Source: Candidatus Altiarchaeota archaeon (GTDB lineage Archaea; Altiarchaeota; Altiarchaeia; IMC4; SCGC-AAA252-I15). From it: a DNA stretch of 64,000 bases. Both the position numbers and the translations under genes were made by a program. Under the pieces are notes generated by a model. It did no database searches. It was given only the letters and a program-made list of their open reading frames with translations, and was not told the origin of the DNA. This document shows positions 27,597-35,608 of this stretch, in pieces. Position 1 is the stretch's first letter. The number at the start of each line of letters is the position of its first letter. The stretch is taken from assembly GCA_041306075.1 (NCBI GenBank), contig JBFYKH010000027.1:4226-68225 (forward strand), in the 5' to 3' direction.

Positions 27597-27672
27597 AATT
27601 ATATCTATTATCGGTTTGGCTGCTGTGTTGAAATAGTGTAGCGACTTAATATCGTATACTTCCGGCTTGTAT

Positions 27673-28398
27673 ATGACGATGAGGAAGTTGAGGGGGCAGC
27701 CGCTGCTTTCCCCGCCCGGCCCGGATTTGGTGCCTGAGTGGCTGAGGGTGACGCCAGAGGACAGGGAATGCATGAGAGGGACGCTTGAGACGTATAGGAC
27801 GATGGACGGCCTCGACTGGGCGTTGGCGGAGTTGCACTGCCATATGCGGCTTATTGGCGAGACGCAGACCGTGACGGATGAGGATAAGAGGGGGTTTACG
27901 AGCCAGATGGAATCGTATAGGACGGACCGGGACGGCTGGGGTGTGGCCTTGATGCAGTATTCCATGCGGCAGCTCGGGGTGGCGGAAGCGGTAACTGAGC
28001 AGGATAGGAGGCTCATGAGGCGTGAGTTGGAGGCGGACAGGACAGGTCACAAGGGCGGAGAGCTTGCCTGGATGCACTATACTATGCGGCAGCTCGGGGT
28101 GACGGAGGCGGTAACCGGCGAGGACAGGCAGGACATGAAACAGCAGTTGGGCGGATACAGGACGGACCACGACGGCGCGGGAGTCGCCAGGATGCACTAT
28201 TATATGCGGCAGATTGGGGAGGGGGAGGCGGTGACGGGCCAGGACCGCATCGACATGAGGCATTCCCTGGAGGCGTTTAGGTCGAGCCCGGACGGCCGGG
28301 AGATGGCCTGGATGCACCACGTCCTCCGCTCCCTGGAGCCGGACGGCGGGAGGCAGGCGCAAGCCGGGATGCCGCCTTTGAAATCGTTCAGGAGGTAA
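27673..28398 (+). CDS. RP family member 1: novel ~40-aa tandem helical-repeat protein with conserved N- and C-terminal caps
   Basis: MTMRKLRGQPLLSPPG... then 4.5 repeats (..DGxxxAxMHYxMRQLGVxEAVTxEDRxxMxxxLxxYRT..) ... GMPPLKSFRR; paralogous to five other genes in the window. Confidence 0.6.
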   Translation: MTMRKLRGQPLLSPPGPDLVPEWLRVTPEDRECMRGTLETYRTMDGLDWALAELHCHMRLIGETQTVTDEDKRGFTSQMESYRTDRDGWGVALMQYSMRQLGVAEAVTEQDRRLMRRELEADRTGHKGGELAWMHYTMRQLGVTEAVTGEDRQDMKQQLGGYRTDHDGAGVARMHYYMRQIGEGEAVTGQDRIDMRHSLEAFRSSPDGREMAWMHHVLRSLEPDGGRQAQAGMPPLKSFRR

Positions 28399-28416
28399 TA
28401 AGCGCTCAGGGAGAAT

Positions 28417-28662
28417 ATGTTTTGTGGCATGATGAAAAGACACCACATAATATTGCTGGTTCAATGGTTTTTCTTCACGTCGCTGATACTGTTCGTGCTG
28501 ATTCAGCTGGGTATCCTCAACCGCGCCCCGGCCGGGTTGACGGCGTTCGAGAAGGCCGTTGTAATCTTCGAGGCGGTAGTCGGCATCCAGTTCCTCTACC
28601 TCGTGTTGTTCGCGCTCTGCTATGGCCCCGGTTTCGTCTCAAAAAAGCTGGGATTTGATTGA
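28417..28662 (+). CDS. small membrane protein (2 TM), hypothetical
   Basis: 81 aa with two long hydrophobic segments; follows RP1 after an 18-nt gap. Confidence 0.35.
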   Translation: MFCGMMKRHHIILLVQWFFFTSLILFVLIQLGILNRAPAGLTAFEKAVVIFEAVVGIQFLYLVLFALCYGPGFVSKKLGFD

Positions 28663-28812
28663 GCCGGGGGGTTAGTTGGTTTCTGCTTCGCTTTTTTTTC
28701 GTCCGGCTTCTTCCGGGTTTCTTTTTGGGGTGTGTCTTCCCGGAGGGTAAAATCCTTTATTTTCGGCGCTTCTGGGTAGAGTTCGATTCCCGGGAACCTT
28801 GGCTCTGGTTTC

Positions 28813-29208
28813 TTATTTAATCGGATTCTCATTTTGCTGTTTTTCTTCCGTCCTAGGCATCAGTCCCGGGTCCGTCTTCCTCTTGATTAGGAAGTAGTAT
28901 AGGGTGGCGCCGAGCCAGTGTGTTAGGGCGATGATGAGTACCCAGGTGGTCTTGTCGCTTTCCGTTTCGAATTTCCTGTTGACGCAGTCGACGAGCATGA
29001 GTATCCAGAAGACGGTGCCGAGGACTCCCAGGGCCACGATGGCGGCCATGAAGAGGAGCCACAGGAGCCAGAAGCCGCCGAATAAGGCGACTGGGATGAG
29101 CATCAGGAGGATTGCGAAGAGTCCGGCGCCGGCTTCGCCGCCGCCTTCGGCCGCCGCGTATGATGCCGCCGCCGATGCCGCTGCCGCGAGCGCGATTGGC
29201 TTGTTCAT
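28813..29208 (-). CDS. small integral membrane protein (PLDc_N-like)
   Basis: 131 aa with 3 TM; WVLIIALTHWLGATLYYF resembles the PLD-nuclease N-terminal (PLDc_N) small membrane family. Confidence 0.4.
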   Translation of the reverse strand: MNKPIALAAAASAAASYAAAEGGGEAGAGLFAILLMLIPVALFGGFWLLWLLFMAAIVALGVLGTVFWILMLVDCVNRKFETESDKTTWVLIIALTHWLGATLYYFLIKRKTDPGLMPRTEEKQQNENPIK

Positions 29209-29217
29209 GTGTTATAG

Positions 29218-30117
29218 ATGGCGCTCGGGGCATTTATAGGCGGCGGGGGCATTATAGTTCTACGGGTGTTTTTGGTGAGGACGTTCTGGAAGATTTTATT
29301 GACTTTCGCGGTCCTGGGCTTGTTCGTCCTGGTCATCGCCTTCAGTTTCGCCGCAGTTTTGAGCGGCCTTGACGTTCCGGCGCTCGGGGGAGGAGCCGTC
29401 GCGGTCGTCCCGGTTCACGGGAGCATCACGATGGGCGGCTGCCCTGCGGGCCTGTTCGACTCCGAGAGCTGCGCCGACGTTGAGGAGATAAAGGACCTCT
29501 TGAAGAGCGCGGACCGTGACCCGTCTGTGAAGGCGATACTCTTGGACGTCTACTCAGGCGGCGGGAACGTTGTGGCGTCGAGGGAGCTGATGAGGGCTGT
29601 TAAGGCCACGAAGAAGCCGACCGTCGCGTGGATCGGGGAGATAGGGACTTCCGGCGCGTATTACGCCGCCTCGGCTGCCGATACGGTGATGGCGGACGAG
29701 AATTCCATGACCGGGAGCATCGGCGTCATCATGTTCGTGGAGCATTATTACGGGCTCTTCGACTGGGTGGGGATTAACGTTACGACCATCAAGGCCGGGG
29801 ACAGCAAGGACATCGCGAGCCCGTACAGGCCCATGACCGAGGAGGAGAGGCTTGAGCTGCAGTCGATGATAGACAAGGTCTATGACAGCTTCGTCGCCGA
29901 CGTCGCGGAGAACCGGCATATGAGCCTGGACGTGGCGAAGAAGGCCGCGCAGGGGAGGATTTACCTTGGCGTGGAGGCCAAGGATGCGGGCCTCGTCGAC
30001 GAGCTCGGAGGATACGATGACGCGGTGGCGCGGGCCGCCGTCTTGGGCGGCATCAGGGGCGAGCCGGAGGTCAGGAAGCCGGAGCGGAAGGTGAGGCTCA
30101 CGGACCTCCTGAAGTAA
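29218..30117 (+). CDS. sppA: signal peptide peptidase SppA (36K type, ClpP/crotonase fold)
   Basis: N-terminal TM, then ILLDVYSGGGNVVASRELMRAV...GTSGAYYAASAADTVMADENSMTGSIGVIM (SppA catalytic region). Confidence 0.75.
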   Translation: MALGAFIGGGGIIVLRVFLVRTFWKILLTFAVLGLFVLVIAFSFAAVLSGLDVPALGGGAVAVVPVHGSITMGGCPAGLFDSESCADVEEIKDLLKSADRDPSVKAILLDVYSGGGNVVASRELMRAVKATKKPTVAWIGEIGTSGAYYAASAADTVMADENSMTGSIGVIMFVEHYYGLFDWVGINVTTIKAGDSKDIASPYRPMTEEERLELQSMIDKVYDSFVADVAENRHMSLDVAKKAAQGRIYLGVEAKDAGLVDELGGYDDAVARAAVLGGIRGEPEVRKPERKVRLTDLLK

Positions 30118-30152
30118 CGTTTATAAGGGGCGGATGCCTATTAGGAGACACC

Positions 30153-30353
30153 ATGGGAAGGATAAAGCAGATTTTCCTGAAAAGGGTCGCTGTGAAGGCC
30201 ATGAGGGAGTATCCGACCTCGTTCGGGCCGGAGTTCCAGGACAACAAGAGGAAGATTCACGCCTTCACCGACGCCACCAGCAAGAGCATGAGGAACAAGA
30301 TCGCGGGCTACATCACCAAGAAGGTGAAGCAGAACGCGAAGAAGAAGGACTAG
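30153..30353 (+). CDS. rps17e: 30S ribosomal protein S17e
   Basis: MGRIKQIFLKRVAVKAMREYPTSFGPEFQDNKRKIHAFTDATSKSMRNKIAGYITKKV, strongly eS17-like; TATA gtttataagggg ~25 nt upstream (leaderless). Confidence 0.85.
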   Translation: MGRIKQIFLKRVAVKAMREYPTSFGPEFQDNKRKIHAFTDATSKSMRNKIAGYITKKVKQNAKKKD

Positions 30354-31129
30354 ATTCTGTAGCAGGCTCCGCTCTGGGGGCACGGCCGGCATCTTTCCGG
30401 ATTTCCGTGCGGGCAGACGTCCGGTATTTGGCCGTCGAGTATCGCCTCCACGCCGTCTCTCGCCTTGAGGGTCGCCTCGCGGAGGCTCTCGGTGAAGGGC
30501 ACGGGCTGTCTCTTGGCGTGGCGGACGAAGTCCATGAGGCCGTACCCCGCCTCCGTCCCAGAAGATTCCTCGACCAGCATCCCGTAAGAGCACAGCTGAA
30601 TCCGGTCCTCGGTCCACGACGATGCCGGCTGGCCTCTCGTCTTCACGTCCACGGGGACCAGGGCGCCGTGCCACATTATCTTGTCTACGACGCCGCTGAT
30701 CCGCAGGGTCTCCGAGGAGAGCCGGCAGTCGACCTCTAGCGGGGTAAGGTAGTCGACAGCCTCCTCGAAACCCATGTCCTCGGCCATCGCCTCGATCTCT
30801 CCCGCCAGGTTCGCGATTTCGAGTGCCGCTTCGCCGGCTATGCGCGGAAGGTGCGCGCCGTATCCCGTCCGCCACTGCCCCCGGAACGTATGAGGCGCAT
30901 CAGCGATTATCGACTTGAGTTCGGCGGCGAACGCGGCCTGTGCCTCCTCGACGGAGCCGACTGCTGGCAGGAGCTTGGACTGCCTGAGCGACAGCTCCCT
31001 CCGCACCATGTGGCCCACCCTTGCCGCGTCCAGTTCCGCTGTCCGCTCCTCCTCCGCCTTGAGGACGATGGCGAGGTATGCCTGGCGGGGGCAGTAGAGG
31101 AATGCCCCGATGTCGCAGACGCGTATCAT
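30350..31129 (-). CDS. Cas4-like/DUF83 PD-(D/E)xK nuclease with Fe-S cysteine cluster (no CRISPR locus nearby)
   Basis: N-terminus MIRVCDIGAFLYCPRQAYL (Cas4-type first Cys), PVDVKT (ExK-like catalytic motif), C-terminal CPHGNPERCRPCPQSGAC. Confidence 0.55.
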   Translation of the reverse strand: MIRVCDIGAFLYCPRQAYLAIVLKAEEERTAELDAARVGHMVRRELSLRQSKLLPAVGSVEEAQAAFAAELKSIIADAPHTFRGQWRTGYGAHLPRIAGEAALEIANLAGEIEAMAEDMGFEEAVDYLTPLEVDCRLSSETLRISGVVDKIMWHGALVPVDVKTRGQPASSWTEDRIQLCSYGMLVEESSGTEAGYGLMDFVRHAKRQPVPFTESLREATLKARDGVEAILDGQIPDVCPHGNPERCRPCPQSGACYRI

Positions 31130-31572
31130 ACAGGCCTCACGGAGTCCGGCCGCTCGACGACGAGCTCTAGCTTCCCCCGGTACAGCTGCACGGTCCCTGA
31201 AGCCTCCACCCTCCGGCCAAAGAGGGCTGTCACGTTGAGGCCGGCTGCAGCGTCCCGGCTCAGGTACACGTCCAGCGTCGAGCGGCCGTCGGAGAGCGCC
31301 AGTATGACTGCGCCGCCCTTGAAGGTGTGGGTGCGGTTCACGTTCCCGACGACCCTCACAGACTTCTCGAGGGAGTAGGGGGAGATGTCCGAGACCGCCG
31401 AGGCCGGGGGCCGGATGGTCGGCGACACGTAGGCTATGATCATGAGGCCGAGTAGGGACATCGCGAGGGCGAGCTGTAGCATCGTGTCCGCCAAGGTTGA
31501 ACCTCCGGAGGGGACTCTAGACGGAGGGACGTTAAAAGAGGATATAGCATCCGCAAGTAATACAGGCCACAC
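31126..31572 (-). CDS. membrane-anchored OB-fold (tRNA_anti-like) nucleic-acid-binding protein
   Basis: N-terminal TM (LALAMSLLGLMIIAYV) and C-terminal VRVVGNVNRTHTFKGGAVILALSDGRSTLDVYL...GTVQLYRGKLELVV, OB-fold-like; stop overlaps the Cas4-like start. Confidence 0.4.
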   Translation of the reverse strand: MWPVLLADAISSFNVPPSRVPSGGSTLADTMLQLALAMSLLGLMIIAYVSPTIRPPASAVSDISPYSLEKSVRVVGNVNRTHTFKGGAVILALSDGRSTLDVYLSRDAAAGLNVTALFGRRVEASGTVQLYRGKLELVVERPDSVRPV

Positions 31573-31575
31573 CCC

Positions 31576-31731
31576 TTATTGGGCGCTTACGGCCTTCTTC
31601 CTGCTCTTCCGCCTTATCCTGCCGACCTTACCGCATTTGCGGCACTTGGTCGCGTCAAGCGGGTTCTTGGCGTTGCAGTGCATGCACACGCCCTTGAATA
31701 GTCTCGCCTCAGCCTCCTTGAACTTGGCCAT
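31576..31731 (-). CDS. rpl40e: 50S ribosomal protein L40e
   Basis: Minus-strand [54 protein letters not shown] (51 aa; C4 zinc ribbon typical of eL40); below the ORF-track length cutoff. Confidence 0.8.
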   Translation of the reverse strand: MAKFKEAEARLFKGVCMHCNAKNPLDATKCRKCGKVGRIRRKSRKKAVSAQ

Positions 31732-31797
31732 AATGCAGCCAATATATAGGGTGAACTCCTTAAAAACGGTAGAAGGGGGTCCGCCATCGGCCTTCCC

Positions 31798-31810
31798 GCC
31801 TTATATAAGA
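31798..31810 (+). promoter_or_regulatory. BRE/TATA promoter of initiator tRNA
   Basis: ccgccTTATATAAg located ~40 nt upstream of tRNA 5' end. Confidence 0.4.
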
Positions 31811-31847
31811 AAACGACGTAAGATAAGACACCGTAAGGCACATAGAC

Positions 31848-31922
31848 AGCGGGGTTGAGCAGTCAGGAGTGCTCGTCGGGCTCATAACCCGAAGGTCGGT
31901 AGTTCAAATCTACCCCCCGCTA
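31848..31922 (+). tRNA. initiator tRNA-Met (anticodon CAU) with archaeal A1:U72 pair
   Basis: AGCGGGG-TT-GAGC-AGTCAGGAGT-GCTC-G-TCGGG-CTCATAA-CCCGA-AGGTC-GGTAG-TTCAAAT-CTACC-CCCCGCT-A; three G:C pairs at the bottom of the anticodon stem and A1:U72 are initiator hallmarks. Confidence 0.85.
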
Positions 31923-31944
31923 AACCGTCAAGTATTCAGGCATT

Positions 31945-33921
31945 ATGAGTAAGGTTGAGCACGCCAGATATTATTTCATCATCCTAATAGGTGTGGCTAT
32001 AAGCTACACTATCGCACACTTTTGGATAATCGGGGGGGAGATACCCTGGAGGACCCCTCTGCTCCTCGTTTTCGCCGTTACGAACGCGCTCTTATGGCGG
32101 AGCATAACAGTATGGATGGCCCGGAAGTCGGGGGCTGCTTCCCTGGGGCCGCGGTCCGTGGTCGCCGGCGCTGTGGGGTTATACGCCTTAAGCATGATGT
32201 ACATTCCTCCGCAGGGAAGCCTGGTGCTCGGAGGCCTGGCACGGCTGTACATCATGCTGTTCCTGGTGCTGTCCGGCTACGTCGCATCCTATGCCATGTA
32301 TTCGTCCCTTAGGCGGATATTTCCCGAGGGCGTGTCTTCCGCCTTGCCATCGGCAGTTATGGCGGCATCCGCCACATTCCTCCTTGTACTGTACGCGCTC
32401 AACATCTTTTCCAATGACATACTTGGGACGTACGTCACTTACGACATGGCGGTGATGGCCCTCAACCAGGTGAATGTGGGGGGTTTCATCCTGCGGTCTA
32501 TGGGGCCTTTTTACCTGATGGCGTCGATCAGCATCTTCTCAACGGCATTGCTGGTGTTCTTTGGATTGTACATCCTGGTACGGAATGGACTCAGGAGTAT
32601 GGATGCCAAAAACTGCGGATGGGTCAGGCTTTGGATTGTCGCGGCCATGGTCATCCCATCCATCCTGCTGACGCCTTATTCGACCGAGGTTACCGGGTCT
32701 GAGCCCCTCGTCATCCTGGCAAAATCGGCCTATGATTCTTGGGAGAATGCTCCCGGACACTCGAATGCCCTCAGGGGGATGCCGTTAATCGGCGCGAGGA
32801 GGAGCGTCCTTCTGATACAGGCGGACTCCCTGCGGGCCGGGAGCATGGGCGTGTACGGCTACGGAAGGAACACGACCCCGAACATGGACAGGCTGGCGGC
32901 CAGGGGGCTTGTCGTGGACCGGTTCTACTCGCCGCTGGGAATCAGCGAGTACGCTATGACCTCTATAGTCACCGGCATAGACCCATGCCGCAGAAAGACA
33001 GGCTACCCCTCCCTCTTCGAGGCTATGAAACATAACGGCTACAGGACTGCGCTGTTCTCGTCTGGGGACAACAGGTGGGGGAACATGGATGAGACGATAT
33101 TCGCCTCTGGGGTTGACTCGTACTTCGACTATGGGACGTACAGCGGCGGCGAAGCAAGGTCGTGGAACAGGATAGGGGGGAATATGATCGACGATGCTGA
33201 GACGGCCGCTAAGGCGATAGAATGGCTGAGGGGGCTTGACGGATCAGATGATTTTTTCCTCTACTTTAATCCCCAGTCGGCCCACACGACCTATAACTTC
33301 AACAGGAGCGGGAGCGGCCTGTACAGCCCCTACCACTACGGGAGCGACGTGACGGGGCTGGTTGAGGCCATAAGGGAGCGGCGGCCTTCGGCGACAAACA
33401 CATACGACAACTCAGTGAGGTATCTGGACGAACAGGTGGGGTATGTGCTCGAAGCGCTTGACGAGCTCAACAGGAGCGGGAGCACGGTCATAATCCTCGT
33501 CAGCGACCACGGGGAGGAGCTCATGGAGCACGGCCGCATAGGGCACGGCACATCAGCATACGACGAGCAGTCGCGGGTCCCGTTCATCATCCATTACCCT
33601 GAGGCCAACGGGACCTCGCATACTGGCCTCGGCCAGCACGTTGATGTAATGCCCACGCTGATGGGGGCCCTCGGAGTCGAGCTTATGCCGGGATACGATG
33701 GCGTGAACCTCCTTGCGAAGAACAGGACGCGGGCGTATTTTTGCGGCCAGGACGAGGGTGTTGTCCGGGGGGGCTACAAGTATTTACGCTCGAGGGTGGG
33801 CGGGCGGGAGCGGCTATTCAACCTGGCGGACGACCCCTCGGAGAGCCGTAATCTCGCGGAAAGCCGCGCGGACTTGTTGGAAGAGATGAGGGCGGAGTAC
33901 GAGGCGTACGCCGCCGCTTAG
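31945..33921 (+). CDS. membrane-anchored sulfatase/alkaline-phosphatase-superfamily enzyme (LtaS/MdoB-like)
   Basis: N-terminal ~230 aa with 5-6 TM; then VLLIQADSLRAGSMGVYGY and VILVSDHGEE, GHGTS (sulfatase-family metal-site motifs). Confidence 0.65.
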   Translation: MSKVEHARYYFIILIGVAISYTIAHFWIIGGEIPWRTPLLLVFAVTNALLWRSITVWMARKSGAASLGPRSVVAGAVGLYALSMMYIPPQGSLVLGGLARLYIMLFLVLSGYVASYAMYSSLRRIFPEGVSSALPSAVMAASATFLLVLYALNIFSNDILGTYVTYDMAVMALNQVNVGGFILRSMGPFYLMASISIFSTALLVFFGLYILVRNGLRSMDAKNCGWVRLWIVAAMVIPSILLTPYSTEVTGSEPLVILAKSAYDSWENAPGHSNALRGMPLIGARRSVLLIQADSLRAGSMGVYGYGRNTTPNMDRLAARGLVVDRFYSPLGISEYAMTSIVTGIDPCRRKTGYPSLFEAMKHNGYRTALFSSGDNRWGNMDETIFASGVDSYFDYGTYSGGEARSWNRIGGNMIDDAETAAKAIEWLRGLDGSDDFFLYFNPQSAHTTYNFNRSGSGLYSPYHYGSDVTGLVEAIRERRPSATNTYDNSVRYLDEQVGYVLEALDELNRSGSTVIILVSDHGEELMEHGRIGHGTSAYDEQSRVPFIIHYPEANGTSHTGLGQHVDVMPTLMGALGVELMPGYDGVNLLAKNRTRAYFCGQDEGVVRGGYKYLRSRVGGRERLFNLADDPSESRNLAESRADLLEEMRAEYEAYAAA

Positions 33922-34098
33922 CAGGACGCCGTATGTGATTTCCGGGGGAGTTTCCGCAGTGGCAGCGGCTTCTTAGCCCGGTATTCGAGGGGGTCGAGGA
34001 GCGGGAGGGGTCGCGGCCGGCTTTGCGCTGCCTTTCCATGCCGGATGATGCGCAGGATACGCTCTAGCTTATATCTTCCCTTTAGAATAGTTACTAGT

Positions 34099-35544
34099 AT
34101 GTTCTGGTCTGATGAGGGGGAGTTGCCCAGGATACACGGCAGCCTTGAGCTGAAGATACAGATTGTCCTCCTCGCCGCGGTGACTGCGATACTCGGCTCC
34201 ATAGGCTTCATACTCCTGCCGCTATTGTACACCGAACGGGACCCCGTGGCATCCATAATATTCGCATGCCTCCTCGTGGTGTCGAGCGTCTTCCTCGGCG
34301 GGTCGCTGGTGTTCGCGTACTACAAGATGAGGGTCGGCGCCGAGGCGAGGACGTACGCGGAGGAGATGCTCGAGCACGCACTCCGCGACGGGATGGACGC
34401 TGCGCTCGCGGAGCAGAAGAACAGGTACTCGGAGCTCCTCGCAAGGGAGCGGGGGGAGCTCGTCGAACGGCTTGAGAGGGAGAAGAAGCAGTACACCGAC
34501 GGATTGAAGGCGGAGTTCGACAGGAGGCTGGACGAGGAGGAGAAGGAGTTCATAGAGTCCCACAGGAGGGAGTACGAGGCCAAGCTCGGGCAGGAGCGGC
34601 AGAGGTACATGGAGGAGCTGAGGGTGGAGTTCGACAGGAAGCTGGACGCGGAGAGGCGCAGCATACTGTCGGAGGCCGGAGGCGAGTTCGACAGGCGACT
34701 CGGGGCCGAGCGGGACACCGCCATGGAGGAGGCCCGGCGGGAGATGGAGAAGGCCCTCCAGGAGGACAAGAGGAGGTACATGGACGCCCTCAGGGAGGAG
34801 TACGACAGGAGGCTCGAGGAGGAGAGGCGGCAGTACGAGGAGCGGGCGGGGAAGGAGCTTGAACGGCAGATGTGGGATGAGAGGAGGGCCTACTCCGAGC
34901 AGGCGAGCCGCGACCTGAACGAGAAGCTGGAGGGCGAGAGGCGCTCCTACATGGAGGGCCTCGTCAGGGATTTCGAGTCGTGGAAGAGGAATTTCGCGGA
35001 GGGCTTCAGGAGGGAGATGGAGTGGGGCGCGGTGAAGCCGAAGCCTCCCGAGAAGCCGGCCGCCAGGGAGGAGAAACAGGCCGCTATTGTGGAGGAGAAA
35101 CAGGTCAAGGAGTCGACGGTGGACGAGATATTCGGCAGGGTTGAGGAGGAGGCGAAGGCCAGGCCTGCACCCGTGAATCTCGCTGGACTCGCGGCCGGGG
35201 ACATGCTGGAGGCGGCGGTGAACCACCTGCACGGAGCGGCCTACGGGGCGAAGGTCACGTTCACGAACGCTAAGACTGGGAAGTACTTCAGCCTCGTGAG
35301 GAAGGCGAACAGGGAGGTGCAGTTGGAGGCGCCAATAGAGAACGTCGCCATCAAGGCGAGGCTGATGCTCAGGGAAAACGCGGCGGTGAACAGACTCGTC
35401 TTCGAGAAGACAGTCGACGCCGTCAAGGTGACGTTCCAGGGAGACGCGGACTACGCCGCAAAGAGGCTGGGGGAGGCTGTGGAAATAGCGTTCGGCGAAG
35501 GCTTGGACGCCCTCAAGCTTCAGGCGGATGCGAAGGATATGTAG
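34099..35544 (+). CDS. membrane-anchored coiled-coil protein with ~22-aa charged tandem repeats
   Basis: Two N-terminal TM; then eight or more repeats of the form RRYM(E/D)ALREE(Y/F)DRRL(D/E)EE; C-terminal globular domain. TATA gcttatatcttcc 27 nt upstream of ATG (leaderless). Confidence 0.5.
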   Translation: MFWSDEGELPRIHGSLELKIQIVLLAAVTAILGSIGFILLPLLYTERDPVASIIFACLLVVSSVFLGGSLVFAYYKMRVGAEARTYAEEMLEHALRDGMDAALAEQKNRYSELLARERGELVERLEREKKQYTDGLKAEFDRRLDEEEKEFIESHRREYEAKLGQERQRYMEELRVEFDRKLDAERRSILSEAGGEFDRRLGAERDTAMEEARREMEKALQEDKRRYMDALREEYDRRLEEERRQYEERAGKELERQMWDERRAYSEQASRDLNEKLEGERRSYMEGLVRDFESWKRNFAEGFRREMEWGAVKPKPPEKPAAREEKQAAIVEEKQVKESTVDEIFGRVEEEAKARPAPVNLAGLAAGDMLEAAVNHLHGAAYGAKVTFTNAKTGKYFSLVRKANREVQLEAPIENVAIKARLMLRENAAVNRLVFEKTVDAVKVTFQGDADYAAKRLGEAVEIAFGEGLDALKLQADAKDM

Positions 35545-35608
35545 CTGTTTCGGCGGCGGCCGAAAGAAACTGTCGCAGGGTATATATGCCCGTTACCATT
35601 CATTTAAC

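Noticed and set aside
26877-27600. An intact integrated virus/plasmid at tRNA-Gly
   Set aside because: The att-like duplication is only ~650 bp from the tRNA and no integrase or other element gene lies between them. At most this is a decayed remnant or a small non-autonomous element.
28620-28832. 70-aa Lys/Pro-rich minus-strand ORF overlapping the end of the 28813-29208 membrane-protein gene
   Set aside because: Different frame from the adjacent gene and located in a convergent intergenic region full of T-tracts. It could only be real if a frameshift joined it to the upstream gene, for which there is no evidence.
30350-31129. A CRISPR-Cas locus around the Cas4-like gene
   Set aside because: No repeat-spacer array, cas1 or cas2 anywhere in the window. 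Cas4-like/DUF83 nucleases commonly occur stand-alone in archaea.
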